A stretch of 51,443 nucleotides of DNA from NCBI GenBank assembly GCA_038496445.1, contig JALMLS010000111.1, forward strand, positions 1-51,443, read 5' to 3'. Of this stretch, positions 12,451-25,532 are shown piece after piece. The notes beneath the pieces are model-generated. The model was given only the letters and a program-made list of their open reading frames with translations, was not told the origin of the DNA and searched no databases. This DNA is from Trichosphaerium sp. ATCC 40318 (taxonomy: Eukaryota; Protista; Tubulinea). A program made the translations under genes and the position numbers. Positions within the stretch are counted from its first letter, which is position 1. Each line of letters begins with the position of its first letter.

Positions 12451-12941
12451 ATGAGTGAAACCACTAAAACACCTCCTGGTAAGCCAGGTACGTCATTTTC
12501 AAACCCATTCGAGCGGTAGTCAGTCAATCTAAAAGTTCGTTAACGATATTTTTAAGTCAAGAAAATCGGCGGCGGCGTGCGCGTACCTGAGCACAAAGAT
12601 CGCCCAGCGAAGTGCGTGTTTTGAGTTCTAACGGCATCACTATCAACGACTATACTGACGTCATCTAGGCCTGCAGCAGCTTCCACACCAACCTCCGCAG
12701 TTGTACAAGGTGCGTTTAGGAGTATGCCTATAACCGCTGACCTATTTTAAAGGACTTTCCCCTCAAGCGTCCCTTGCTGTTACTGCAAGCGCCAAGCAAC
12801 CAGAGGGTGTAGTCCCACCTTCAAACAAGTCCCTTGTTGATACCAAAGCTGTAAGCCGTCCTTTAGCAACCTTCACCCTCTAACCCCCAATAGGACCCTA
12901 ACTACCGCAAGCCAAACCCATCTGCGACGAAGTACGCCTAG
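12451..12941 (+). CDS. Small 5-exon Pro/Ala/Lys-rich protein (~92 aa), weakly death-associated protein (DAP1)-like; absent from the ORF track
   Basis: Four GT-AG introns give MSETTKTPPGKPVKKIGGGVRVPEHKDRPAKPAAASTPTSAVVQGLSPQASLAVTASAKQPEGVVPPSNKSLVDTKADPNYRKPNPSATKYA*. PVKKIGGGVRV resembles the DAP PAVKAGGMRI motif. Confidence 0.75.
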
Positions 12942-13879
12942 AAAAACATGCTTTTTAGTTTTCCTCCGTTAAAATTTAATTTGCGTTCATCGCTGTTTTA
13001 TCATTCTCTAAAACCCCACAATGCGTAAATACTACGTGTCACGTAAACAAAATTTTCTCCTCACACACTTCTTTCTAGAAGAGACAAAAACGCAAACCAT
13101 GCTAAGCGTGAGCACTACCGCGTCTTGCAGTAAATGCTAAGCATAGATTCATTGTCCCTAAGCATGTACTATGTATTGTAGTTCTATGTAACAGGGACTG
13201 AGCTCTATGGGAGCCTTTGTAAACGCGATGAGTGATGTAAGAAAAAATGGCTCAAAAAGACAAAATCAATCCAAAAAATTTGATCAATTCGAACCGGAGA
13301 AATCTTGGTTGTTTTTTGTATTTTGTTGGCCTTTAAAACAATAAAAAAGTATCACCATCATTAGTTCTGGTTCTGTACTATCTGTTTAGTACTTTTAATT
13401 CGCTACAAGAGCTGTTTAACGTCATTTATTAGTACTTTTCTATTGACGCCAGAAAAACATTCTAAACTTACGGACGTTACAAATGTGCGTCTGATTTATT
13501 CACTAAAATAAAATGGCCAGCTAACAGTTTTTTTTTGTAGATTGTAGCGTGAACTTTGTGGACTTTAGAGCACTGCTTGCCTGGTAAAAAAACCGTCATA
13601 AGTATTGACATTCAAACGAAAAGGTGTACAAGTTCGTTACTTGCTTGGTGGTACCACATTTGCTTGATCACGCAACAAACCGCGTCAATGGCACTATATA
13701 GCGTATTTACACGCCGTTGAAGTAAGATTAAACATATTTAACCCTAAATTAACGTTACGATTCTATTTCTCGTTTTACATTAGTTTTTCATGTTATTTAC
13801 AACCTCAAAACGCTATTTTACGGCATATCATGCTTAACAGTTTTGTACATATCTACAAATCACTTATTGTCGCTTAAAG

Positions 13880-16800
13880 ATGGCAGTAAGACGATTACAG
13901 CCGCAAAAACGCCTCAGCAAAGCACATTGGGATGATTCTGTTAACCGAAAGGTTGCTATTGATTGTATTGCGTCTAGACAGAAAGTTCACGTAATGGATG
14001 ACTGGTATACAGTTCACAGAGACGATTTTGAGCAAGCTGAAAAAGGATTATTGTCGCGGTTAGTTTTCTTGATTTTGTGGCGTTATTCTAATAGTTTTAG
14101 ATATGGGACAGTATTCAAGTGCTTACAGGGTGAGTATCCAGATTATAAATGGGATAGTTGGTACTTTGGGTTGGCGTGACTTTGTTTTATTTACACATCT
14201 TGATTCAGTTTTGTTTAATTTTTTGTTCTTTTCAGATACACCTCTGCCACTCCGTATGAGAAGTATATTATGCAATGCGATGCTATTGAAGAAGTAGCCA
14301 GGAAGTATTATATCATGGATATTGATGATTGGTATAATGTATCATCGCTGGAAAGTGAAGAAAGACTAAGTTCGATCATACGAACAAGGTATTTTTTTTT
14401 GAGCTCTTCCGTCGTTTCAGTTTTCTCTTCTGACGAGAACACTACAGTTACCGAGATTCATTACCTTTGTTACTAGTGGATACATATCCTAATCATAAGT
14501 GGCAAATATGGCGACTAAGGTAAGCGTGGAGTCTCAAAATCAATACATTTTATGTTTTTTTTAACCATCTTTAACAGGTCTGTTCCTGCTGGCTATTGGC
14601 GTAGTTTGGATAATCAAAAGGCTGCTATTCAAATAATAGCTGAGGAGATAGGTATTAAAACTCTTGACTCATGGTATCCGGCAAATGTAACTGATATTTC
14701 GCCTTACACAGCTGGCCTTCTTAATGGGTATTTTGTTTTTTGATCAAAAGTTTGTTTGCCATTGTTTATACGTATGTTAGATACGCTTCATCACTTGCTC
14801 AATGTGTTGTCACACTATTCCCAGAATTTAAGTGGAAAGTATGGCTATTCAAGTGCGTACATTGACTTCTGTTTGAAATACGAAGAGCTAAGAAATTTCT
14901 AGTTCGGCACCAATTGGGTTTTGGGACTCTTTGGATAATCAACGTAAAGCCCTTGATCATATGGCAAGTGTATTAAATGTAAAACATTTGGATGATTGGT
15001 ATCCTGTATCATCACAAGAAATACAGTGCCTTGAGGGTTATGGCGCATTCAGAATGTACCACATCATTTTTTTCTTTCTTTTTTTTTGAACGATTGTTTT
15101 CTTAATTCTTTCTTATTATCCCCTAGATATAACTGCTCTATATCGACCACTTTAAAGACTCTATATCCAAAACACAATTGGGAGATATGGAAATTCAAGT
15201 AAGACAAAGTAACAATACTGTTGTTGTTCATGCTTATTTACTGGCTTTTTTATAAAGGTCTTTGCCAAAGCAGTATTGGAAGCAAAAAGATTCTCAAAGA
15301 ACCGCCTTTGACCGTCTTGCAGTACAACTTGGCTTATCTAGAATTGAAGATTGGTCTGCTTTTATTACTGGAAAGGAAACTAAATCTATTAAAGAATCAG
15401 CTTTAGAACCAGAAGTTACTGAGGAGCCAAAAGAGTACGACCATAAAACCTTATTAAAAAACCCAACCATCGCCCTCTTACCATCAATAACTTGCTATAA
15501 TTTACCTTTTTACATTTATTAAAAACTTGTTTTTCATGCAGCGATGGTAAACTGTCAAAGTGGGTTGTGGTCTTCATGTCATGACAAAACTTTTTGACTC
15601 ACGTGAAAAAAAATAGGATTAGTTTGAAGAAACAACGTTATAAGTTCAATAAAGTGGGCAAGAGACTGGGTATAAAGGTATTAGATGATTGGTATAAAGT
15701 CAAGAAGTATCAAGTATCCAATCAAAAGACACGTGCTGTTCTGTACGTGAAAAAATCGAATACATCCTTTTTTCTAAGTTTATGCTCTTTTCGGGTTTGT
15801 TGCTTATTGCTTTCTTTGTAGGAATATGTATAATGGTTCTATACCTGGAGCTATATCTAGGATATATCCAGAGCATGACTGGAACAGAGAGAGATGGAAT
15901 AATCCTTTCTGGTCTCAGAAAAAAAATCAAACTTCCTTTCTTACTAAAATTAAAAACGCACTTAGTATTACGAGCCCAGACATGTGGTCCGTGTTATTCC
16001 TCCCTATGTGCCTTTTTAAAGATTCCTCATTAATGATATAATAGGTATCGTGTATCTACAGTAGAATTAATCAAAATGGGAGGACATGGCTTGATGAGAT
16101 ACTGGCCTTATACTCTACAAAACTTGGAACCAAACTTTTCGTGGGCTTGGTCAAAATTTTCTAAAATGACAAAACAGAGTCATCAGCTGTACCTTTCTTT
16201 TCTCTATTTACTTCTTTTACATTCTCGAGTATATCAAAAATAGTCGTAGATACTCAATCTTGTTAAAAGATTGTCGTGCAATGACCTGCTTTGATTTAAA
16301 GGAACATGTCTTTTCTTTTTTTTTTGTCCTCTTTGGATTTTCTTTAATAAATCATTAGGGCGTTACTGCAATGTATCGAATCTATTTTTCCACATAAAGT
16401 TGTCCTCGAAGAACAAATTATTGCATTACAGCTAAGGCGAGGCAGTTTAACGGTAGATATTTATGTTCCTGAACATAACCTTGCATTTGAATATCAAGGT
16501 AAAAAAAACAAAGAAACAAAACAAAGCTCAACACTTTTTGGCTTACATGCTAATTTCACAGGACAACAGCATTACGATGATGTATATAAATGGAATGTTT
16601 CTTCCATACAAACAATTCGTGATAGTGAAAAGAAACAACACTGTGAAGAAGCTGGTAAGAAAAAAAAAGTGTTCTTATTGAAATGTTTTATCTTTTTCGA
16701 AGAAAAAACCGTCTCCCTCACTTACATTATTTAACTTTTGTCTTTGTTTTCACGTATTATATATCACATAGCTATGCGCAACATTTTAAAAGCTAGCCAA

Positions 16801-17130
16801 CAAAATATCACGTTTTTTTAAACACCCCTTCGCATTTGCTTTTGAACTTTTTTTTCTTCTTGCTTATCTTCTGTTCAAGGTATATGTCTTGTAGCTATAC
16901 CTTACTGGTGGAAAAAAGGGGATGCAGATTCTATTATTGCTACTATTAATCACTATAAACCGGAATTGAACTTCAAAGTTAAAGAAGGTGTTGAGCCACT
17001 TATTGAAGTACCTCAATCTCTGACTAGTAAGTTGTCTATTTTTTTTTTTGCGCTCTTTTTTGTCTAAAACGTATTCCTAGATAGCAAACTTATGGCACCT
17101 GCCCAATTGGTTCAGACAAGATTATTGTAA
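13880..17130 (+). CDS. Multi-exon protein with about 7 ~70-aa repeats (PxGYW..NQ..DDWY..YPxHxWxxWxF) and a C-terminal RAP/DUF559-like PD-(D/E)xK nuclease fold; start uncertain
   Basis: Spliced repeats are continuous. C-terminus: SLTVDIYVPEHNLAFEYQG|QQHY...IRDSEKKQHCEEAG|ICLVAIPYWW; stop at 17128-17130. Confidence 0.8.
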
Positions 17131-17580
17131 CATAACACATCAAAAAACACAATTTTTAGTAAAGTTAACACTTCCAGCTATGCCTGAATTGCCGTCTGTC
17201 AGTAAAACAAACAAGTTGACATCGTTTTAATTTATATTGTTGCCTAACAAATTTGCTTTATTTTTTGCCCTTATGTTTCACTGCTTAGCTATCTGCCATA
17301 GGAACCTCTATTGTTACAAGAAGCATACTATTGTATTAATTCCGAACAGCAAACAGTTTTTGCAAGCTTATGTTGCAACAGCACAAACATAAATCATTGT
17401 TTATCTTTCTCCATTTACACCTGCTCTACTTTGATACCCATCTGTCACAGTAATATAGGCATTAATACCACAATCAATATGTATACTCTAAACCTTGTAA
17501 GAGTTGTGCCATTTCTGCAATTTTCAAGTCAAACAGCTGTAGGTAAAACAAACTTAATATTTGTGAAGTAAGATGATTTA

Positions 17581-19482
17581 TTACATGTCTTCTATTTGAG
17601 CACATGATTTTGAGCCGGTAAAAGTCCCATCTGACCAATGAATGCATGGGACAGCTTCTTCTGTTTTTGTATTTAATTGAAAAGTCACGTGAGTCCCTGA
17701 CTTAAAACTTCTAGAAAAAGTTACAATATCACCATCTGTTACTTTTTTAGCATCTCCAAGTGGTTCTCCTAGAGGTTTGGAATACTCTGGACGCCAAACA
17801 TTCCAAGCTATAATAAAAATTAACAGCAGCTGTGAAACTTCAAACTAAAGCCTAGATGGAGACGTAGACCTTCAAGCCCAACGCAACAACAGAAAATGGT
17901 ATCAAGAAAAAAGTTTATCTTCAGTTTCGTACCTGTTTTATCTGTCCAACCGCTCGAACAAGCATAGTATGAATACTTTCCTGCACCTACAAGGAATGCA
18001 GCAAGTGTTTTGTTGTAGTTATCGGAACTACAAGGTTCACCATGAACCTCAGCAACACGAGGAACACTTCCTTCGTTTTGTAAAAGCTCGATATCCTAAT
18101 TATTTTTAACAACATATTATGAGCCTTATCACTGGTTTTATGGAATACTCATAACTCAGATACTATTAACAAAGCTCATTGAGCTCAATGAGAATATCAT
18201 CAAACAAAAAAAAAACACTTTGCGTACGCTTAGCCATGATCTCGTCGTATCAAAATCCTTAGCACCGAAATTTTCAAACATTCTGCCTGTTATACCTGTC
18301 CAATCTTGGTTGTTGGAGATAAGTACAGAATCTTCCCCAAGCGCTGCTTGGGCTTCTTGTAGGAGTTTAGCATGTCCGTCCAACCAAGCAGCTTCTTTTT
18401 CTTCTGCGACGTTACTAAATGATTCTAAACAAAATAGTCACTAAATACTAGTTTCTGATGATCAACAATAAGCAAAGAGCACGACAGGTTTGTTCCGCAG
18501 CCACTTGAAGTACGAGTCGAGCACTGCCCTTTCAATCGAATACCCTGAGGAATATTTCGAGTTTGTGATGGCACGAAGGGGTGGTGTTGGAGACAAAAAA
18601 AAATTCAAAAAAAAAAAGTTCAGGTTGAAATGTTTTTTTTTTTTCCTTTTCTCCGCCACGTACGGTTGTTACCGCGATCTGCAAATACACCGTCAATGTA
18701 ACCTGATGCTGTAGCGTTTTTAATTACATTCACCCATAACGTTCTTATTGTTTGTTAAGTTAGAGAGCAGGAAAGAATTGAGAACGTTACCTCATTTCAG
18801 CTTGTGACTAAAAACGAAATAAGTGTGAAACAAAATCACGTGATATTGAATGCTAGGTAACGTACCAAATCAAAAACTCCCTGATTACGTATTTTGACAA
18901 GATTGCCATTTTTATCGTGAAGTAGTAGACTCTCGTGCTAAAAAAAAGAAAAGTTAGTTGTTTTTTGGTTTGTTTTTTTTGTTTGCTTTTAAGCGTACTT
19001 GTTGGAGGTATGTATGTAAGTCGTACATATCCCAGTCCATCACAGAGTTAAGGTAAAACAATACCTTCACTGATGACTTCTTCATTTTAATTTGCTTTGC
19101 AGCAGCGACGATTTTCTCTTGGTGGAAGACACTTAGTAAAAAGTAATTGAAAAAAAAAAAAGTTAGTTGTGCTTTTTTTTTTCCAACGAACTTTCGGCCC
19201 CTTCATTTGCTGGTGGGTAATTTTGTGCCGTGTACTTTTCAAACGTAACCAAAGGAAAGCGCCTAACACGTGAATTAGACAGAAAATCAACGTGACTTTT
19301 CAGTACGTTATAAAATCTACTTCAGACTCAGGCATTGGCCCTGTTTCGTTTGCTGCATGGTAAAACACAGGGAGAGTGTCCCAACTGAAGTCAGGAAAGC
19401 TGTCTATCTTCTGTACTTCCCCAAAGCATAACCAAACAGAAAAAAGGACTTGAAGGACCAAGATATGTCGAAAAACGATCAT
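17581..19482 (-). CDS. Secreted putative glycoside hydrolase (GHL15-like family), multi-exon
   Basis: Signal peptide MIVFRHILVLQVLFSVWLCFG; FPDFSWDTLPVFYHAAN; FPLVTFEK; GRMFENF; LAAFLVGAGKYSYYACSSGW; WRPEYSKPLGEPLGDA...FSRSFKSGTHVTF; ends IEDM*. Confidence 0.75.
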
Positions 19483-20096
19483 TGAAGGCAAAAAACGTGT
19501 AACTCTTTGAAACGTTTTGAGTTTTTGCGCTTTTTTTGAAGTCGTCACGAGTCCAAGCAAAAAAAGAAATCGACGCTAATGTACTACACTTAAAGGTATG
19601 TTATGGTACTTTATATAAATGATGTTAAAAGCCGCGAAGTTCGTCACTGATCTTTATTTTTTGACATACAAAAATGGCATAGTTTTGCTAGTCCAGCGAC
19701 TGGTATTTGTATATAAACCCACTCGATACACTAATCGTTCAAGTTCTTCCAGTACTTCCACTACTTCCTTGTCCAAAACAGGCCGTTCATGGAACACTTC
19801 TTTCACGTGAAGAATTTATCAGTTGTAGGGGATTCTTACCTTCCATCATATTCTATGTAGAGTAATAATAATCTTGAGGGTGACCCTTGTTCGAGATGAC
19901 TAAAAAACAGTAAACAAAGAGATTCTCTGAACTATTTTTCAAATAGCTAGTTTAACTGAGCGTTGACGGGTTTATGAATAGTACCTGTGTACGCCGTTGT
20001 ATACGTTGCTTTTGCTGACGTCTTTTGGTTAAGTTTGTTGCCGGATAAGCCTTGTAACGTTAAACAAACACAGTTTTATTGTTTAAACAACGCGTC

Positions 20097-22308
20097 ATGG
20101 GTGGAGCTATAAGTACAGGTGCAAAAGGAACGGCAGCGTTCGGTAGTTATGTAGATAGAAACATGTTACCACCAGAATCAAGTATTACATATGAAGGGAT
20201 GCTTTATAAGCATAAATTCAACGTTGGAGAGCAAGAAAAAGAAAAATACTTCTCACCTCGCTATTTCAAAAGTAAATCAAAGAATCCTATTACAGGTACG
20301 TTAACCTATAAGAATTCAGTACAAAAACAAAATATTAAACAGTTCTGTGTAAAACAAAAATAGATTTCGGCTTAAACTTAACCATCTCATTAAGTCGGTG
20401 TTTTTGCTTTCTTCTTTTGATCTTGCTTGATCCAAGTCGAAGATGTCTTCTTCTTTCTTTCTCTTTGTTTCTTTTCCCTTTTACTAAGATATTGTATAAA
20501 AAGGCGATATTGAAAGACACGTGTGTATTGGTATGTCAGGAAAACTTGATGGAAAAGGATTGTATGAGCATAATGAAAGGTTACCTTTGAACACTGTTAT
20601 TGTCATGGATATCTCAGGATCTATGGGTAGTCGCATGGGAGATAAAGAAAAAAATTGTGTACGCTTAGATCAACTTATCCTCCAGCGACAAGAGCTGTGC
20701 GGCTGAGACATTTCTGAAGATTTCCAACCTAACATTTCTTTATACAAAGATTTGACTCTGTTTTTTTTTAGATGGCAGTAGCTAAAGAAAGTATGCTTGG
20801 TATGCTAAGTAATATACGTGATGATGACTGTTTGGGTATCGTTCTATTTGATACAACTACTGAGAATCTATTACCACTCACACGTTGGTCTGATGTTGAT
20901 AAAGATGCTCTCAAACAGAGAATAGAAAAAGTACAACCACGAGGTGGAACAAATCTTGAAAAAGGTACTCATTATCTTGACACTTTACGATTCTAAACAA
21001 CCTCGTATGATAGGCTATAAGGCAGGAAAGATCATGCTTGAAGATGCATTGAAAGATGTGAAAGAGAAGAGAGAACACAGAATGTTCTTCTTCACTGACA
21101 TGCAAATCAATGCTGTACGACTTTCACCAAAAGGCATTTGAAGTGTCGGCTAATCTTTTACGTAGGGAGCCTTTGCAAAGGATCTTCAACCTTCTTTTGA
21201 AGCAATGGCAAACAAGAAAATATACACCACGTTTGTTGGTATTGGTGCACAGTTTGATACTTCAGCAGTATCGATCATAACAGATACAAGAGGTTGTAAC
21301 TATTTCACTGTTAAAACACCAAAAGAATTCAATGATCTGTTGGTTACAGACTTTGATTATATTACAACCATCGATTGTTATAATATCAAAATAGAGTTTA
21401 AAGCACAAGGTCATAATGTCAAGCGTGTTTATGGATCTCCAGGTACGTAACTAATTTGAGTCAAAGTCAATCTATTGTCGTTTGTTGAGATGTGTCATTT
21501 ACTCTTTACCTAAGGTTGTGAACAGCCGCAAGAAGGTGTCTTGTGCCAGATAAAGAGTACTTGTCCCTCAATAATGGATGACAAGGGTCGTACTAAAGGG
21601 TCAGTGATACTCGTGAAAATGGATGAGCCTGAGGATGACGCTTCAAGCAACTATTCTTTTGAGTACGTTTAAGAACTTTAGATTTAACAATCATCTGATG
21701 CTTTACCCTTAGTACATCATATGAAACACGTCAAGATGATAAAGTAGCCTTTACTGATAAATTAGAGTTTACTCAAGATAATGTATGGGGAACAACAAAA
21801 CTGTTTAACAAGTCACGTGTACTTACAATTTTTTTTTTTTTTTCAGGAAGAAGAAGATTATTTCGAAAACAATTGTATTCGTAAAGCTGTTCTACTCATA
21901 CGCTATGTTGAATTTATAAAAGACCTATTGACCTCAGGTGCTGAGTCAATTGAAGGTATGTACTTTTAGACATTAACAGTTCAATGGAAACAGCTACTGA
22001 CTGATGTTTGTAGATGTTTGGATTGAAAAGATGGAAAAATTCAAGAAATACTATGATTCTGAAGTACGTCATTTGTTTGAAACCAAAAACACGTTTTGTA
22101 ACATGTGCCACTTATTATTTAATACGCTTTATTGTGTAATGTGTGCGCAAGTTAATTTGTTTTTTAGATTGATGCATTGTCCTCTTCTGATGAAGAAGAT
22201 CTCACTTCAGAACTTGAACTCTTTGAAAAGCTTCAAACTATTGTAAAGAAAGCAGTCGAGGCCCAACAAGAAAAAGATGCCGCCAAAACCAACGAAGAAG
22301 AGCAATAA
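20097..22308 (+). CDS. vWA (MIDAS) domain protein, copy 2, inverted paralogue of 6569..8584
   Basis: Same exon structure and near-identical exons (e.g. identical MANKKIYTTFVGIG ORF); starts MGGAISTG; ends KTNEEEQ*. Confidence 0.9.
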
Positions 22309-23577
22309 GTTAATAAAAATGAGAAATTGTTAAGAGATTTTAGCCCTAAGAAACCTATTTTCAGCGTGAAGCAGTACGTCTCCGTCATCAGAAATAATAC
22401 GATTATTGTTCAATGTAAATCCAGTGAAAGTACCAATCATCACATGCGATAAAACCACCTTGTACTTGAAGGTTAGGTAGAAAAGTCTTGTTCCCTACAT
22501 TCTGTACAATAATCTACAAATGCATTCAAGGTGACGGTGCTGTAGGTACTTTGGCATCATGAGAAAAGATCTTTGAGTGTTGAACAACAATTTTTTTTAC
22601 TGAACTTTTTGATAACATAGGCAATGTCGGTTCCTTTGTAACTTTACTGTTTTTCAACCTACAGACACTACATCATTTTGTTTAATAGTTTTAGAACTAT
22701 TTTCAAAATCATTGTTAATAGATACACGTGCAGTTTCAAGTATTTTGGATAGTTTTGGATAACGTTCAGCTAGTATCTCTTTAAACTTGATAGCAGTTAC
22801 CTAAAAACAAGGGTGAACACTGTTTGTTAGTTAGATGTCATTGTCTTACATCACGTGGGACTTCTATGTCTAATTCTTCCTTACCAATAGCTTCCTTGGC
22901 TTCATTATGGAATAAACAGCGTACTCTTATCTTCTAGAACGCAACTGTTAGTTAAATATTCTGTTTAAAGGTGAAAGTACCCCGTGAGTGGTGTATTCTT
23001 TTTGTACGCCATGTAGCTTTGTTCCTACCTTTCCAGAAGTAAAATGCATCATATGCTTCAAATATTGGTTAGTATGGTAACTTGTTGGTGTAGGTACCAT
23101 GTTGGGTGGTTGTTACTGTAAAGATAGTACTTAAAAAGTACTTAAGTACTACATTTAATAAAAAGTAATTTTCGTTTGGTTTTTTTGGGCAATCAGATGG
23201 TGTACAGTCAATATCTGGGCTCCTGCAAACGATCTTCTGTTATCTTATAATGTCAAAAATCGATAGTGTTCAGTGCCTTCAAATCTTTGATGTACAAGAA
23301 CATAATCTCTACGTATGAAGACAAAAAAATTCTAAGTCAAAACGGTGTATAGGTTACAGTTGCAGGACAGCGTGGACTTCGATGACTACTTGTATTAGCA
23401 TGCACGTATTGTGTAATACATTGAATCTCTTTAACCTAGCCTTTAAGGATGGGTGTGGTACCACACGTGACAATTGATTTTTTTTTGTCTAGAAAAATCA
23501 CTAGATAATTGTAGTCAATTGTATTCATTGGCTAGTTTTCCCTGAAATAAAAAGCACGTGAAAAGTACGAAGTCACC

Positions 23578-24672
23578 ATGGACCACGCAAAAAGCAATAA
23601 AACACAGGTTAAATTAGCGTCTGATACATCAAATACAAGGTAATTAATTGTTATGACCTAAAATAACGTTTGTAGCGGTCAAAAAACGTTATTGGACATA
23701 CCTAATGAGATTCTGGCTACAATTTTGACTCTCACAAAAGACCGATTTGCTGTGTGTCAAACGTGTCACATCATCTCTTCTGTCATTCACGACATTGTTG
23801 GTTACCACAGTATAAGTATAGCAACAAAAGAACAAGCAAGAAAAGCTGCAAAACACGAAGGAATCATTAAACACACAAAAATCAAGTTATTGGCTGATAA
23901 GTATTTTTTTCCTCCAGCCAAGATTCTGGCGCTATTCGCAGGAGTTCATACAATCTATCTCAGGAACACAAATGTCACAGATGAAGGACTGAAATCACTT
24001 GCTGGTGTTCACACTATTGATCTTTCATATACTAAAGTTACAGATGAAGCATTGAAGGCACTTGCAGGCGTTCACACTATTAATCTTTCATGTACTGAAG
24101 TGACAGATGAAGGTGTAAAAGCACTTGCAGGCGTTCATACTATTGATCTTTCATGTACTACAGTGACAGATGAAGGTGTAAAAGCACTTGCAGGTGTTCA
24201 TACTATTAACCTTTATCTCACTGACGTGACAGATGAAGCGATGAAAAGTCTTGTAGGTGTACACACCATTAACATCGACAATTGTACGAATATTACTGCT
24301 GAAGGATTCAAAGCACTCAAAGATGTCCATGACATTCACCTCAGCTGTCCAAAAAACGACTCCTTTCTCACACACCTTTGCAACGTACACTCTGTTTCTA
24401 TTCACTTTGGGAACATGTTGACAGATGACGCAATCAAAGCATTGACGAATGTCAAGCACCTTGAGCTTGTCATGTGCCCTCAAATAACAGACTTGAGCTT
24501 TGAGACATTGTTCAACCTTGAGCATCTCAGACTGGGTGGATGTACCAAGATAACAAATGGTTGTTTGAAACACTTAAAATCTCTAAAACGTTTCACAGAG
24601 GTGGCTACGTCTAGAATCACAAAAGAGGCTGTTGAGTCGATGGGTATCATATATGTACCAATAAATCAATGA
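23578..24672 (+). CDS. F-box-like + LRR protein with a short leader exon and one 36-nt intron
   Basis: ATG 23578 MDHAKSNKTQVKLASDTSNT-AG|gtaatt...ttgtag|C (intron 23640-23675) joins in frame to LLDIPNEILATIL and AGVHTI LRRs. The ORF-track start at 23692 is a TTG. Confidence 0.85.
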
Positions 24673-25532
24673 TAGTCCTATTTACCAGATAGTTTCGAAG
24701 TACAGTAGATGTTAGCAAAGGGTTTTGATTTGTAAGTATGCCCAAACAAAGAGTCATTTTAAACAAGTTTTAATAGGAAAATATAAATACCACGTGTGAT
24801 AACCACAATCCCCTTTTTTTCCCAATTCACATATTCAAGTTTGCTAGCACTTTGGTATTTTTATTTGGAACAAGAACGTTTGTATTGAATACCTTACACC
24901 CACAGATAACTGCAACGCAAATGCTAACAAGAAAAAAATGTCCTGAAAATGAAACCCGACAAGGGTTTTGGTTAAGGTACATTTACTGGAGTTGTGGAAT
25001 GTGATGAACTCATATTGCATTGTACCTTAATAGATCATGACAGAACTTGCCAGAACTAGCTAAAAACAGATCTGCTAGTTCTTGTAAGATCTTACACTTT
25101 GAAGTGTAAAAATAAGTGTACAAAACTTGATCCTGTCTACACGTATCCAAAGTGCCTCCTAGCACGCACGTGACTTTCTGCTTTTATGCTTATATAAATT
25201 ACTCCACAAGGATACACTAATGGTATAGCTTGCAGACTTGCACAAGGCTACCTATGCTCAAAAACCATCCCGAAAAATCAGGCTTAACACTAAAACAAAA
25301 TAGCGTTATTTCAGGACAAATCCTATACTAGTCGACTTCTATTTGGCATATGGTTTTTAGCTATCGTTTAAACTTGTCTTACTATTAATAGAGTTAAATG
25401 GTAAGAACGCGGTTGACTACATACCGCTTCAGTTTTTTTTATCCTGAACGGCAAAATTGGCGGGCGCACCAATAGCAGCAAAGCAGCAATCTGTTTAGGC
25501 AATAATTAAAGAAATAAGTGTCGAACAAACAG

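Noticed and set aside
13688-13720. ATG-initiated MALYSVFTRR followed by TGA as a readthrough start of the repeat-nuclease gene
   Set aside because: A single instance with no support for TGA recoding elsewhere; the true start remains unresolved.
22330-23400. Possible multi-exon gene or LRR relic on the - strand
   Set aside because: Exon-like pieces are visible (e.g. VTAIKFKEILAERYPKLSKILE) but I could not assemble a consistent frame or assign a family.
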